64,000 nt of DNA, taken from NCBI GenBank assembly GCA_003971905.1, contig RSEE01000001.1:1364001-1428000 (forward strand), in the 5' to 3' direction. This document shows positions 38,342-50,354 of this stretch, piece by piece. Position 1 is the stretch's first letter, and the number at the start of each line of letters is the position of its first letter. Both the position numbers and the translations under genes were made by a program. The notes beneath the pieces were generated by a model. It worked only from the letters and a program-made list of their open reading frames with translations, was not told where the DNA came from and did no database searches. The DNA is from Moniliella sp. 'wahieum'. Lineage: Eukaryota.

Positions 38342-41159
38342 ATGGCACCCGACGCCGACGCTGTGCCTCCCCCGGGGCAACCGTCTCGGGTCCATCTCTG
38401 TTCCTCCCGGGCTGCACCAGCCATCGGCCAGCAGTTTCCTCTCTGGACAGGAGCCGGGACCGCAGTCCTTCGGCCGGCACCATTGATGCCGACATGGAGG
38501 AGCGTGCCGAATCGGTTGCATCGGAGAGAGCCAGCCGCGTGCGCGGGTTCGACCGTTCAGTTTAGCAACGGGATTTGTCCCCTCGCTCCGTGCACCCACC
38601 ATTTCCCGCAGCCGCAGCGCACGCACCAGTCTTCGTCACCATACAAGCCACTCTGCTTCGCGCCGTGCGAGTGAGGGCCCAGAGCCCTTTGTCCCCCCCT
38701 TGATTGCCGAAGTAAAGCCCGAACCCGGCGTCCCTCCTATTCCTTGGATCCCGTTTGCTGTGGTCAACTGCGTTGTGTTTGGAGAGTTCCTGATCTCTGG
38801 TGTGGCGGGACCTTTTTTGTTCAGCATGATTTACGATATCGAACCTGAGATGGACGATGCCACAGCAGCCACGTGGGCAGGCGTGATTGCTGCTGGCTTT
38901 TCTTCTCCCAATTTCTCACGTCCCTCCTTTGGTCAGCCTTGGCTGATCGATACGGCGCCCGGATCGTCCTCTTCACCTCGGCACTTGGATCCACAATTAG
39001 TGTGGCGCTTTATGGCATCTCACCCACTTTGGGCTTCGCCTTGTTCATGAGGCTAATTCAGGGCTTTTTCAATGGCGCTGTTGGCGTGGCCAAGGGCGCG
39101 GTGCGGTACGTGTTGTATTCGTTTTCCTTTCCAGCTCTGCATCCTCCCCGTCTAATTTGAACTGTCTCCATTTAGCGACTTGACTGTACCGGCGAATGAG
39201 CCCCAGGCATTTGCCGTCCTTGGCTTTTGGTGGGGAATGGGCGGGATTGTGGGGTAAGTACCTTGCCATCCCTTTGGACGGGAGCCATGTGGAAGAGGAA
39301 TTGCTAACGTCGTATTTGGTTGGATCCAATAGCCCCATCTTGGGTGGCCTGCTCGAGCACCCCGCACAAAAGTATCCCTTGCTGTTTGAAAGCATCCCGC
39401 TTCTTAAGACCTACCCTTATCTTCTCCCTTGTCTTGCGTCCGCTGCATGCTCTTTGGCTGGGGCAGTGCTTGCAGTTTTCACTGGCCCCAATGGAGGCGT
39501 GCCGGGAGAAGTGTTCCCACCCCTGTTACTGCTGCGATGACGGGGTGGATGAAGTGGAACGCGCTGGGGAGCGTGGTGACTTATCATTCCGCCGTGGAAG
39601 TTACGCTCCCAGCGAAGGCACAATCGTCACAGCGTCCCATCACCCTCCTCGTCCTCGAGGTTTGTCGAGCACGGGTTATGCTAGTCATGGCTTCTCTCCT
39701 AGCCACCGGGGTTCGATTCTCTCCCGCTCCAATCTACGCCGCCAAGCGATCACCTCCGCTATTGGCCGGCCGGCCAGTTATCGGCCAGCTTCTCAAGGCG
39801 CTGGCGGAGATGAAAATGATGAAGGGGTGGAGGATGTGGAATCGGTGGCTGTGGGGCCGACGGCTCGGCCTCCCAGGTTATCCTTTGTCCAACGTTTTGT
39901 CTTGGCTAACGACGATGCTGTGCACACGCTTTCGGATCTCTGGGTGGCGTCCGCCATTAACGGCGAGGAGGCGATGGGCGATGTGTTTTTGGACGACGAA
40001 GATGAGGGATCTGCACTTGAGGAGGAAGACGAGGGCATGGATCGTCCAAGTTCATCCGCTGGAACCGTGTCGGATCACGACGATCCAGTTGGCGAGGAAA
40101 CTGCGCTTCTGCCCCCTCGCGAAAGGGGCGTTGCTCGCCGTCGGCCCAGCCATTTGACATCGGTCATCGGTCTTCGGAGGACCCGGGCAGCATGGGCGCA
40201 CATGCTGCGTTCCGCAACCGTCCGCCAGAGTTCGTTGAGCGCAGCACGGATTCCAAGCATCTATCGTTTTTCAGGCCTGGAGCGGCCCTGGTCCCAGCTC
40301 CGTGCTCCGTCATTTAGTGGCCGATCGGGTATCAGTGCGCCCCCCGTCGACGACCCTGATGCAAGCACGGCATGGGGGACGATAGCGGGATCGGTTTTGC
40401 TCGGACCGAGACGCGTGGGGGGTTGGCCGGTATCCCCGGCAGGGCAGCAAGTATGGTACGATTGCTGAAGAGGGTGGCCCCTCAGTGGCAATCGCTGAGG
40501 AGGCGGCTGGTGGCGTGGGTATGTCTCTGTTGGCGGTCTTGCCGTTGTACACGATTGTCCACTATGGTGTGGTTGGCTTCCATTCATCGACCTTTGATCA
40601 AGTCTTTCTTCGTTTTTGGTTGCGCCCGTGGAGAATGGAGGACTGGGTATGACAGCGGCGCACTACGCCGAGTTGATTGCATTCATGGCGTTCTGTCAGC
40701 TCGGCTTCCAATTCTACCTGTACCCTTGGCTTGGGCCCCCGCATGGTCGGTTGACGCATCTTGGTATGCTCCGCCTGGGTCTTGTGCTCTATTTGCCCAC
40801 GTACACACATTTCCCCGTCCTGCGCGCCTTTCTGCATCCGGGACCGAGGACGGAGTGATGGCAGCAATGGTCTTTTTGTCGGGGATGCGCTATTTGGCCA
40901 ACATTTGCGCCTACACAGCCGTGTCGATTTTGATGAACGCGCTCACCCCGCCCCACTTGGTACCGCTGGCCAATGGACTGGCCCAGACGGTTTCATCTGC
41001 GGCCCGCTTCATTGGGCCTTTGGTTGGCGGGGTGGTGTGGGCGTATCGATTGAGGGAGGGCCCGAGGCCCACCCCTGGCCTTTCAACTTCCATCTAGGCT
41101 TTTGGCTCGTGGGCCTGCTTGGATTCGGGGGGTTTGTGCAATCCTGGTGGATTCGCTAA
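38342..41159 (+). CDS. Major facilitator superfamily transporter with a large central cytoplasmic loop
   Basis: Motif A LWSALADRYGARIVL, RLIQGFFNGAVGVAKG, PILGGLL, YPYLLPCL and LANGLAQTVSSAARFIGPLVGG. Confidence 0.9.
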
Positions 41160-41514
41160 GCCCATTTTCTCAAGGGGGGTGGCGGGCGTATGGATTTTCT
41201 CCGAGCGCGCGCTGGAAACGACAGTTGGGTCGCTGGCTCTCTGTCCAGCAGCACCGACTGCGACCGACCTGCGTCGACGGTGTCTAGGTATAGCTGGCGT
41301 GTTCACCCGAGTGGCTGGCTGGTCTTCGGTGCTTTTTTTACAACCACAGCTGACGTTGTCGGGGCTGACGTCAGCCGCTCCATCAGCCGCACAGCTCGGC
41401 CGCCCGCCGCCTCGCTCCGGCCGCAGTCTGGGGCATTCACCGGGCTGCCACCCTCGCCCTCGCCGCCGCGACGAGCACGAGCGTCCAGAACAGCCCCAAC
41501 CCGCGCGCACCGGC

Positions 41515-43250
41515 ATGGTCGCTGCTGCTGCTCCTGTCGCCAGCTTTGGTGCCTTGTCGCTCAACGCCAAGCCAGCGTCAGCATCAGCACCGGCGTCTGC
41601 GTCTGCGTCTGCGTCGCCTGCTCTTGTCCGTCCCCCTCCCCCGAATCCGCTTTCTCCATCACCAGCTTCTCCCCCGTTTCACCCCGTTCCCGTTCCCGTT
41701 CCCGCCCCCGCCCCCGCCCTCGCCCCATCGACTCGGATGACGACGATGACGATGATGACGACGAGCCTCGACCTGCTCCCCACCGCGCCCCTTTCCCCCC
41801 GGCGCAGACCTCGAGCACGAGACGACGGTCAAGGCCGGCTACCTGTACAAAAAGGGAGAGAAGCGCAAAACGTGGAAGAAGCGCTGGTTTGTCCTCCGCT
41901 CCTCCCGCCTTGCGTACTATAAGAACGACAAAGAGTACCAGCTGCTCCGTCTGATCGATATGGCCGATGTGCACAGTGTCAGCGCTGTCGAGTTCAAGCG
42001 CAACCAGAATGGCTTTGGCATTGTCACCCCCAAGCGCACCTTCTACATCAAGGCCGCCAATCCATCCGAAATGCAGGACTGGATCGCCAAACTCAACCAA
42101 GTCCGCCATGTTATGTCCGAACAGTCAACCGGCGATGGCTTTGACTACGACGTGTACGACGACCTAACTCGCTCCCGTCCGGTCGCTGTGCCTGCACCAC
42201 AGCCCCGCGCTGCGGTCGCCCATCCGACCCCGTCGCCGGGAAAGGTGAATGTGCCGGCACGGAGGCCAGACAGGACGCAACCCCCTCTATCTTTACCTCC
42301 TGCTGCTACCCATTTGGCCTTGGGTCGGTCTCCTTTCACGTCAGACAGCGAAGCGAGTGGCGCCGGGTTTCTTGGTTCGCCACATGCTTCGCCCGAGATG
42401 GGCTCGGTTGCACGTTTTGCTTCCATGGGCGACCTTTTGGCGCCCAATCCACCGCTCGCATGGTCTGCAGCGGTCTTGTCCTCGTCTGAAGAGGATTGGA
42501 ACGAAGATGAAGTGCCTCCTGCCCATGCGCTCCCTCTTCCCCCTGGTGTCCATCGTGCTGCCGAACCCGGTTGGAGTGAACCCGCACGGCGTCCCACCCC
42601 TGCAGCCAGCGCAGAGGCCAACGCTGCGTTTCTGCGAGACCCAGCGCGGGTGCTGTTGCAAGGGTACTTACTCAAGCAAAGCGCCAGGCGGAAAGTGTGG
42701 CGCAAACGGTGGTTTGTTCTCACCTCTTCTCAGCTCCTGTGGGCCGGCACCACATGGATACTCGTACCAGCCGTCGTTTGACCGTGGGCGATATGGTCGA
42801 TGCGATTGAGTACGAGCCGTCGTCCGGGCCGGACCGAGTGGGTCGGGGGGCGGGCCGCTGTCGATTTCCTCCTTGACCCATCCACATCGCCGGGAATCCA
42901 TTGGAACCCCTACCACCCTCTTGCCCACCGGGGCCGCCACCTCTGCCTACGCCTACGTTCCCGAGCAGACGGAAGACTATACTACGGGCCCACCTCATTC
43001 TACCTTGGGCTTCCTTGAGCGCAGGTCGTCAATCATAAATGGCATCAGCCAAGGCGCGGCCAGTGCGATTGGAGCGGGAACTAAGAAACGCCAAGAAAAT
43101 TGTTTCCGGGTCATTACTCCCAAGCGAACCTTGCTTCTCTGTGCTCCTTCCGAAGAGGAGGAAATCAAGTGGCTCTCTACACTGCAAACGCTCATCTCAC
43201 GTGTCCGCGATGCCCGCGCGCAGGAGCAAAGGCAAAAACGGGGGGCTTGA
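41515..43250 (+). CDS. Tandem PH-domain protein (Opy1-like)
   Basis: PH1 reads KAGYLYK..RKTWKKRWFVLRSSRLAYYKNDKEY...FGIVTPKRTFYIKA..EMQDW. PH2 reads LQGYLLKQ..RKVWRKRWFVLT...CFRVITPKRTLLLCAPSEEEEIKWL. Confidence 0.88.
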
Positions 43251-44105
43251 AATGGTTGGGCACTGCGACCTCCCACTCTTCGTTTTCTCTCCATCCCTCC
43301 TCCTCTCGCTTGTCCTTGGCTCCAATCCAGGCCGCTTCGAACCTTCTCTTGTGGTGGCACCCCTTTGGCCATGCCGGGTTCGCACGTTCTCACCGTTCTC
43401 GCTTCCCCTCCTCACGCGAAATTTCGACCCTGGTCCATCCTTATATATCCTCCTTTTGAGCTCACCCCCCCCCCCTTCATCCTGTTCTTCGCTTGAGGCT
43501 GTCTTCTTCCCCCCCTTGGCCACCGCTCGCTTGGTTTGAGCCTGGACTTGTACACTAGATTATTCATGGGAGGTTTTGATGCAATTCAAATCCTCCATTT
43601 GCATCCCTCCCGCCTGGCGATAGGAAGCAGTCGGAATGCCCGAAGTGGAGTATTTCAGCGTCTACTCGATGTGATGACCCGAAGTAGAGGTTTTTAGCAT
43701 GGTATGTAAATGGGTTCCACGCCAAGATCGCTTGGATCGTTCAACGCCAATGCCCGGACCCAGCCCAAAAACGTGGGGAGTCCCCAGCGGGAATGAAGGA
43801 AAAGTCAAAAGAACAGGTGAGTAGTGCAAGAGGGTCGTGAAAGGAAGGAATCCGGGCATCAAATTCGGAGCCCTGGGAGGGCTCTGGATTGATGAGCTCA
43901 CGAATGAAGCTCATTGGTCATTCGAATCGATGGACTCAGCTGAATTGGGAGAAGGACTGCGAGTCGGGTACGGCTCAATGGGTGGGATGAGAGGCGGCGG
44001 GAAGGAAGAGAGGGGAAACGCCCGTACTGATTGGACCCCGGGGGGACAGGGGCCGGCGCGGCTAGGTTGAGTCTCAATCCTACGTGCCCCATCCAAACAG
44101 AGGAA

Positions 44106-45410
44106 CTAGCTGGCGGCACTTGTCCGACTGAGACAAGGCCACGGGCTAGCTATGCCGTCTCTTTGCGCAGGGGGGAGGGGGAGTAGGTCGGTTGACGGCG
44201 GATGAGCCGAGAGGGGCGGATCGTTGCCGGGAGCCGCGGGAGGCGGAAGGCGCCTTGGCCACCGACACCTTCTCTCCGACCACGTAGGCGTCCGAAATGG
44301 AGGAAGAGAGGAGGCCATGTGCAATTTGTGCAGTTGCTTGGCCTCCAAGGCAGCCCGCTTGGACGCCTCGCGCAGCACTACGTCCCGAGAGCGGTAGGGC
44401 TGGGAGGACCCATAGGGCACCTCGGTGAACAAGACCGAGACCGATTCGCCATAGTGGGAACGACGGATGGTTTCAGCCAAGACGTTCGACACGTCAATTC
44501 CTCCAGTTTGGAGCAAGAACAGGTTGCGTGTCTGGGGTAGGGTGTTGGTCACAATCACTTTTTCCAACGACGACTTGTTGATCCGCTCCAGCGCGGGTGA
44601 GAGAGGATGCCATGGTAACGATCGCCAACACGCGCTTGGCGCCATTTTCCGTCAGTTTGCGCGCGGCCAAGTCGAGTGTGCCGCAGGTGTCTGCCATGTC
44701 GTCGACCAAAACGGCGACCTTACCCCGAACGTCGCCGACGAGGACCATGCGAGATACCTCGTTGGCGCGCTTGCGTTCCTTGTGGAACAGAGCAAAGTCC
44801 ACATTGAGGTGATCGGCAATCGAAGTTGCCCGCTTCGCACCCCCAGCATCGGGGGAGACAATCACCACTTCGTCCAGATCCTCCTTTTCCCGAATGTACT
44901 GCAGCGTGGCCGGCTCGGCATAGAGGTTGTCGACAGGCACATCAAAGAACCCTTGGATCTGGGACGCGTGCAGGTCCATCGTAATCACATGGTCGCACCC
45001 GGCTTTCTCGAGCATGTTGGCAACGAGCTTGGCACTGATCGGGGCACGGGACTTGTCCTTCTTGTCCTGGCGGGCGTAGTAAAAGTGGGGGATGACCGCT
45101 GTGACGCGCTTGGCCGAGGCGACCTTGCAAGCATGGACCATAATGAGCGTCTCCATAAGGGAGGTGTTGGGCGAGGTGAAGAAGTTGCCGCTCGAGGTGG
45201 GCGTCGAGGTAGGGGTGACACTGGATGTGTTGAGGATGTACACGTCGTGCTCGCGCACACTCTCGCCAATGCGAATCACCGACTCGCCCGCCTCGTTGCG
45301 CGCCACGACCGCCTTGGCCTGCGGCAGGCCCAGACGGCGGGCGACGAGGGCGGCCAGCTCGGGGTGGGAGGAGCCCGCAAAAAGTTTGATGCCGCCGGGG
45401 TGTTCTCCAT
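44106..45410 (-). CDS. PRS: Ribose-phosphate pyrophosphokinase (PRPP synthetase)
   Basis: Motifs [74 protein letters not shown] and [11 protein letters not shown]. Confidence 0.97.
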
Positions 45411-45679
45411 GCTGGCGATGGTGCAGAGGGGGGGTGGAGGGGCGGCGCTTCCCACAGGAAGCCTGAGACGGCTGCGGCAAGCCCTGCTGCCTCGATCCCC
45501 ATGCGATGCGATGCGCGCCACTTGGGATCCGCCCACCCCTTTGAAAGTTGCAGCGCAGTAGGCCCACCAGCTCCGCTGACATCCCCGTGACGTCAAACGC
45601 TCTCAGCACTCGCCGCCTCTTCCGCCACGCGAACCAGGCCGCTCAAGGTGAGCCCGATCCCACCGCCTCACCCCCACCC

Positions 45680-47482
45680 ATGGGCCCCTTTCTCCAGCTC
45701 CTGCTCGTCGTCGGCGCCATGAGCGTCGGCACGCTTGCCTTTGGCGCCTTCCCCTCGTGCTGCCCCTGAGCCGTGCCAAGCTGCGCTATGTCGAGCTGCT
45801 CGGTTCCGGGCTGCTGCTCGGCGCTGCCTTCACCATCGTCATTCCCGAGGGCGTCAGCACCGTCCTCCGTGCTGCCGATGCCTTGCACCGCGCACCGCCT
45901 CCTGCCCCGCCATCGCGTCCCAGCGACAGTCCCTTCTGGCGCTTTTTTACCGACGGCGAGACTGTGATTGGCTCGATGCTGCTGTTGGGCTTCTTCCTCA
46001 TGTTTGCGTATGTGGCCTCTCCCTTTCCTGCTCGTTGCCTGCTGACCCCGTCTGCTTCTTCTGTTCAGGCTTGAGCAGCTCTCTCCCGCGCTGATTCGGA
46101 TCACCACATGCATCATCACCACCCCCGCCATTCCCACCACACGCACCCCTCCCATCATCTCCATCCCGATCAGGAATCAGTGGAGCAAGATTGGCGGCCC
46201 GCCCCTTTCCATCCCACAGCACACCCCACGCCACAACCAGTGGTACCAGTGCTCATAGCCCGCTTCTGCCTCAGTCGGGCGGGAGCAGTCATGCCCGTTC
46301 CTACTCTTCGGGCCAGGATACGCCTACCGACCAGGTGTTTTCCAACACCGCTCCCGCTGTCTCAGCCAAGAGGGCAGGGGGCACCTTGGCACCGCACCGC
46401 ACGCTCTCTGGACGCAACCCTGCCCACAAGTCGCGTTCGACCCAAACCCTCTCTAGCTTAGGCCACCCACAGTCCCGATGGTCCACGGCGCCATTCGCAC
46501 ACGGTCCAGGCCCACTACCACCACCACTACCACCACCACGACCCCACTCCTGTGCGGGCGAGACGAGCGTGATGATTGGGCACTCGCACCGCTTGTCGAC
46601 GCTTGTGCCGCCCCATGAGCCCGGTACCAGTTCAGGGCGGCGTTGGCATCGATTGTTGGGCTGATGATCCACGCGCTGGCGGATGGAATTGCAATGGGAG
46701 TCGGCATCGTCGTCGGACGAGCAGTTGCGCTGGATCGTGTTTGGTGCGATCTTAATCCACAAAGCACCCACTGCCTTTGGTCTGTGTTCGGTCCTGATGG
46801 CCCGCGGGTTGAGCAAGGGCGACATTGTCAAGGCCCTGGCCTTGTTCAGCTTGTGTACCCCCGTGGGCGCCGTGGTGGTCTACCTGGCGCTCCAAGCGCT
46901 CTTCTCCTTGAACACTTGGGGTGCCTCCGCCGACCCTGGCGTGGCAACCGCCGTCTCCGTCCTCTCTTCTGCCGCCACAATTCGCCAGCTGGGCATTGGC
47001 GCAACGCTTCTGGGGACCTGGCACTTCCTGTTTGTCGCGATGCACGCGCTGGAGGATGTGACAGATTCACCTGGGCCCGATGCCGGGGTGGGAGCGGATC
47101 TCCCGGCGCATCTGCAACCCAAGGTTAAAGGCAAGTCCGCCCGGTCCCCCCGGCACAACGCACGTCGCGAGTCCGATCCCGATGGGTTGTGGTTACCTAG
47201 CTTTCCCACCCCAGTCATCCTCAACAAGACGAGGACGTGGAGCAAAGTGCGGTGGACGGGGCCGAGCCTGCTCTGGGCTCCCCTGGCCATGCACGCTCTC
47301 CTTCTTCCATCTCCATCTCCAGCTCGAGCGCCAGCACCTCGGAACCGGATTCGGAGCGAGAAAAGGAACTGGTGCAGAGCGAGGCAGCAAGGGTCTCCCA
47401 GGCGAGCCGGATTGCGCTCGTCTTCCTCGGCAGCTTGGTTCCCAAACTGCTCCAACTGGCGACGGGCGGACATGAGCATTAG
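45680..47482 (+). CDS. ZIP family metal transporter (ZIP9/Atx2-like)
   Basis: Motifs GSGLLLGAAFTIVIPEGV, a His-rich loop, GLMIHALADGIAMG, AILIHKAPTAFG and GT.LFVAMHAL, with a C-terminal GHEH. Confidence 0.92.
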
Positions 47483-47872
47483 TCCGTTTTCCCCCATCCC
47501 CCATCTCCCCCGCGGCTCTCTCCCTCTTTTCCTCCCTCTATTATTGTCGCGTTCTTCTTGGTTTAGGCCGAGGTCCATTTTTGTCACATGTCTCATGTCA
47601 CACGTCTGCCCCTACTGCATTCTATGCGCATTGTTGCGGTCTCGTTGGGACGGCTGGGCAAACTGCGCTGACGTATCGCTATAGGAAGATGACCTTGAAG
47701 CTTAGTACCTTCGAGGACCCCCCGTATCATCTCTTCGTTGTTACAGTCACACTTCTGCGGTCCCAGTTAGGTGGAGCAGCCGCACCACGCGTCCCCAAAA
47801 CTTTCCGCTTGAATTTTATTTTTCTTTACGTCTACACCACCCCAACCACCGTCATCATCGTAACCGCCACCT

Positions 47873-49263
47873 ATGCCGAACGAGTGCGAACTGGAACCCG
47901 AATCTGGCGATGACCCGGTACCGCTCCGATCCGACGCGGTGCCAGAGTACGTTCGGGCCCGGGTTCCGCTCCTCGAGGGGCCCGACGCTGCGTTCGAGCG
48001 CACTGGGTGCGCGACGCCGACGAGGAGACCAGTGTGCTCTACTCGCGCACCGCCTCGGAACGGCGCGGTCTTGGCTTTATCCCACTCACCACCGATCTTC
48101 TCTATGTGCACATTTCCCTGCTGGACCGGGCTCCGGGGGTAAAGGCAACCATTCGCTGCTGGACCCCACGGCCGGCCCGGGTGAATTTGTGATTGCGCCT
48201 GGCGTGACGGCGGGCGGGCACAAAGGAAGAGAAAGGGGAAGTACACACGCTACTCTCTTCGCCTTCCCCTGCGCTGCCGCGCAAACCAACCAATAAAACC
48301 AATAAAACCAAAACGTCTTATCCATCCCGCGCCCCCCGCTCGGGTGCAGAAAGGACAAAGCAGGTGGGTCCCAGCGACCCGAGCGGCCCAAGCCCCCTTC
48401 TCTGCTCTTTCTGCAAAACCAAACCCACCTCCGTTCCCATGGGCGATACAGGGAGCGTGGTATGGAGAAGGTACCTCCCCCCCCCCCTCCCCCTTTCTAC
48501 GACGTGCTCGGGTTTTCGTGGAAGACCCAGTGAACTAGATATTGACCCTGGAAGCTGGAATGTGACAGTACAGTCAAGTTGGCCGCGACGCTGGCGCGTC
48601 AGAGGGGTTCCCATGCCCTGGTCCGTCTCGAAGCGGGAATGAGGATTGTCGAGCTGGGTGCTGGTACAGGAGCGTTGCCCTTGTTGCTCTCGCGTGCCGA
48701 GTGGTACCGCCCGAGGTGGGCACGCTTTACTGGCTTGCTACGGACCAAGAGAGTTTGCAGCCCCTGTTGCGCAAGAATGCGCAATTGACCAATGGGCGTC
48801 ACTGGTCCTATGGGCGGGCGAGCGAGCGGGATCCAAGTTTCCCCCATGTACTCGATTGGGCCGAAGCGCAGCACCTTTCTCCTTCCCAGCAACACCGGTT
48901 TCGCCATGCCGTGCTGAGCTCCTTCCCCTCCCGCGCGAGTCGGAACAAGAACAGGCCGAGGGCGGGGGCGAACAAGAGACAAAAGCAGTGGATTTGATCG
49001 TAGCGATCGATGTGGTGTACAACGAAAGTCTCTTCCCCCCGCTGTTGGCCAGCTTGACTGCGCTCTGCCAACCGGCCCACACGGTCTCGTCCTGCTGCTG
49101 GAACTACGCAGGCGGATATGGGGGGAGTTTGTGGCCCAATGGCTCGGGCGGGACGAAGCCGAGGATGGCATCAAGTGGCACGTCGTGTCGATGGAGCCAG
49201 AGGCGTTGGTGGGTGCGGGACTGGGAAGAAGACTATGCCCTGTTTGTGGCCTGGCGGGCGTAG
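47873..49263 (+). CDS. Family-16 (METTL21-type) protein-lysine methyltransferase, Rkm5-like
   Basis: Motifs DADEET..GLGF, GDTGSVVWR, IVELGAGTG, ATDQ..LLRKN, LDW and DLIVAIDVVYNESLFPPL. Confidence 0.85.
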
Positions 49264-49378
49264 GGAAAAGATGGAGTGGCAGCCCAAGCAACACCACAAG
49301 GCAAGTGGGTGCGTGAAAAAGAAAGGAAGAGAGAGATTGCATTGAGGGTAGGAGGCAGGGGGGGGGGGGGTCAGGCAC

Positions 49379-49983
49379 CTAATGTTCCGCCCATTCTTCG
49401 ATCGGCTTACCCTTGACCACCTTGTCGCCCGTCGAGTCAAACTCGACGTTTTCCGGGTGGGAATGGATCTTGCCGACAAACTTGGTGTGGGAGCCGTACG
49501 CTGCCAAATCGAATCCGCCCAAGCATGGCGCCCAATGTCAGTTTCTCATGTGCACCCCAGCGCACCATGCTTCCAGGCAGAAGGAACGAACCAAGCAAGG
49601 CATCAGTCACCGGGTGCCGCACCTCGATCCTGGTAGTGGCCATAACCCGACCGAGGGAGACGAGGTACGCGAGAATCCGAAGCGAATCGCCCTTGCCGCC
49701 GGCGGGCTTGACAAACGTAGCATGCAAGTCGGTCGTGACGCCCGTAGCATAAAAGCCGCGGACGCAACGGCCAGGCTGCCGCCCGTGTCAACCAGGGTAG
49801 CGACCAGACCGCCGTGCACGCTGCCCAAGCGGTTGAGGTGGGTCTGTTGGATGGGCAGCGTGGCCTCGACCAGGCCGGGCACGGCGCGCACAATGTTCAA
49901 GTCGTGGATGGTGACGCTGTCGTGGCCGGCATTGACACGGAAGGCATGGCAACGCGTTGGGCAAACTTGGTGCTGGCCGCCAT
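49379..49983 (-). CDS. PaaI/hotdog-fold acyl-CoA thioesterase (ACOT13-like)
   Basis: Motifs HLNRLGSVHGGLVATLVDTGGSLAVAS, TGVTTDLHATFVKP and LGRVMATTRIEV. Confidence 0.9.
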
Positions 49984-50155
49984 GGCGAACACTGAGGCGG
50001 GGCAATCGGTGGTGGGGGTGGTTGATGATCCATGGCGGCTTGGGGTGATTGGGAAATGTGCTCAGCGTGGGGGGAGAACGGATGGCTGGGGTAATCAGGC
50101 GCCATGACGCCATCCGACTGTCCGAATAGCATCCTAGACCATGCATGATCACCAA

Positions 50156-50236
50156 GGACGGCTGGCGCAATGGTAGCGCGTCTGACTACGAAGCTTTGTA
50201 ATCAGGAGGTTGCAGGTTCGACCCCTGCGTCGTTCG
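50156..50236 (+). tRNA. tRNA-Arg(ACG) with a 9-nt intron (50192-50200)
   Basis: Acceptor stem GGACGGC/GTCGTTC, D arm GCGC-AATGGTA-GCGC, anticodon arm TCTGA-CT-ACG-A[intron]A-TCAGG, T arm GCAGG-TTCGACC-CCTGC. An oligo-T terminator follows at ~50257-50263. Confidence 0.95.
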
Positions 50237-50287
50237 ACCCGACATGGGCGTCCTTCATTTTTTTCTCCTCTGGCTTCTGGCCTGGGT

Positions 50288-50354
50288 CTGAACGTTAAAC
50301 GTTCAAGTTGACGCGGACCGTGCATGTTGAACATTGAACATTGAATACTGAACG
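50288..50354. repeat. Degenerate (TTRAACR)n array
   Basis: Sequence ctgaacgttaaacgttcaa...ttgaacattgaacattgaatactgaacg, closely resembling 998-1053. Confidence 0.75.

Noticed and set aside
44467..45561. 364-aa + strand ORF as a separate gene
   Set aside because: It is the antisense shadow of the PRS CDS, which is common in GC-rich coding DNA.
20172..50236. Functional gene cluster (biosynthetic or mating-type locus)
   Set aside because: The neighbours are unrelated housekeeping genes. No backbone enzyme, pheromone receptor or homeodomain gene was seen.
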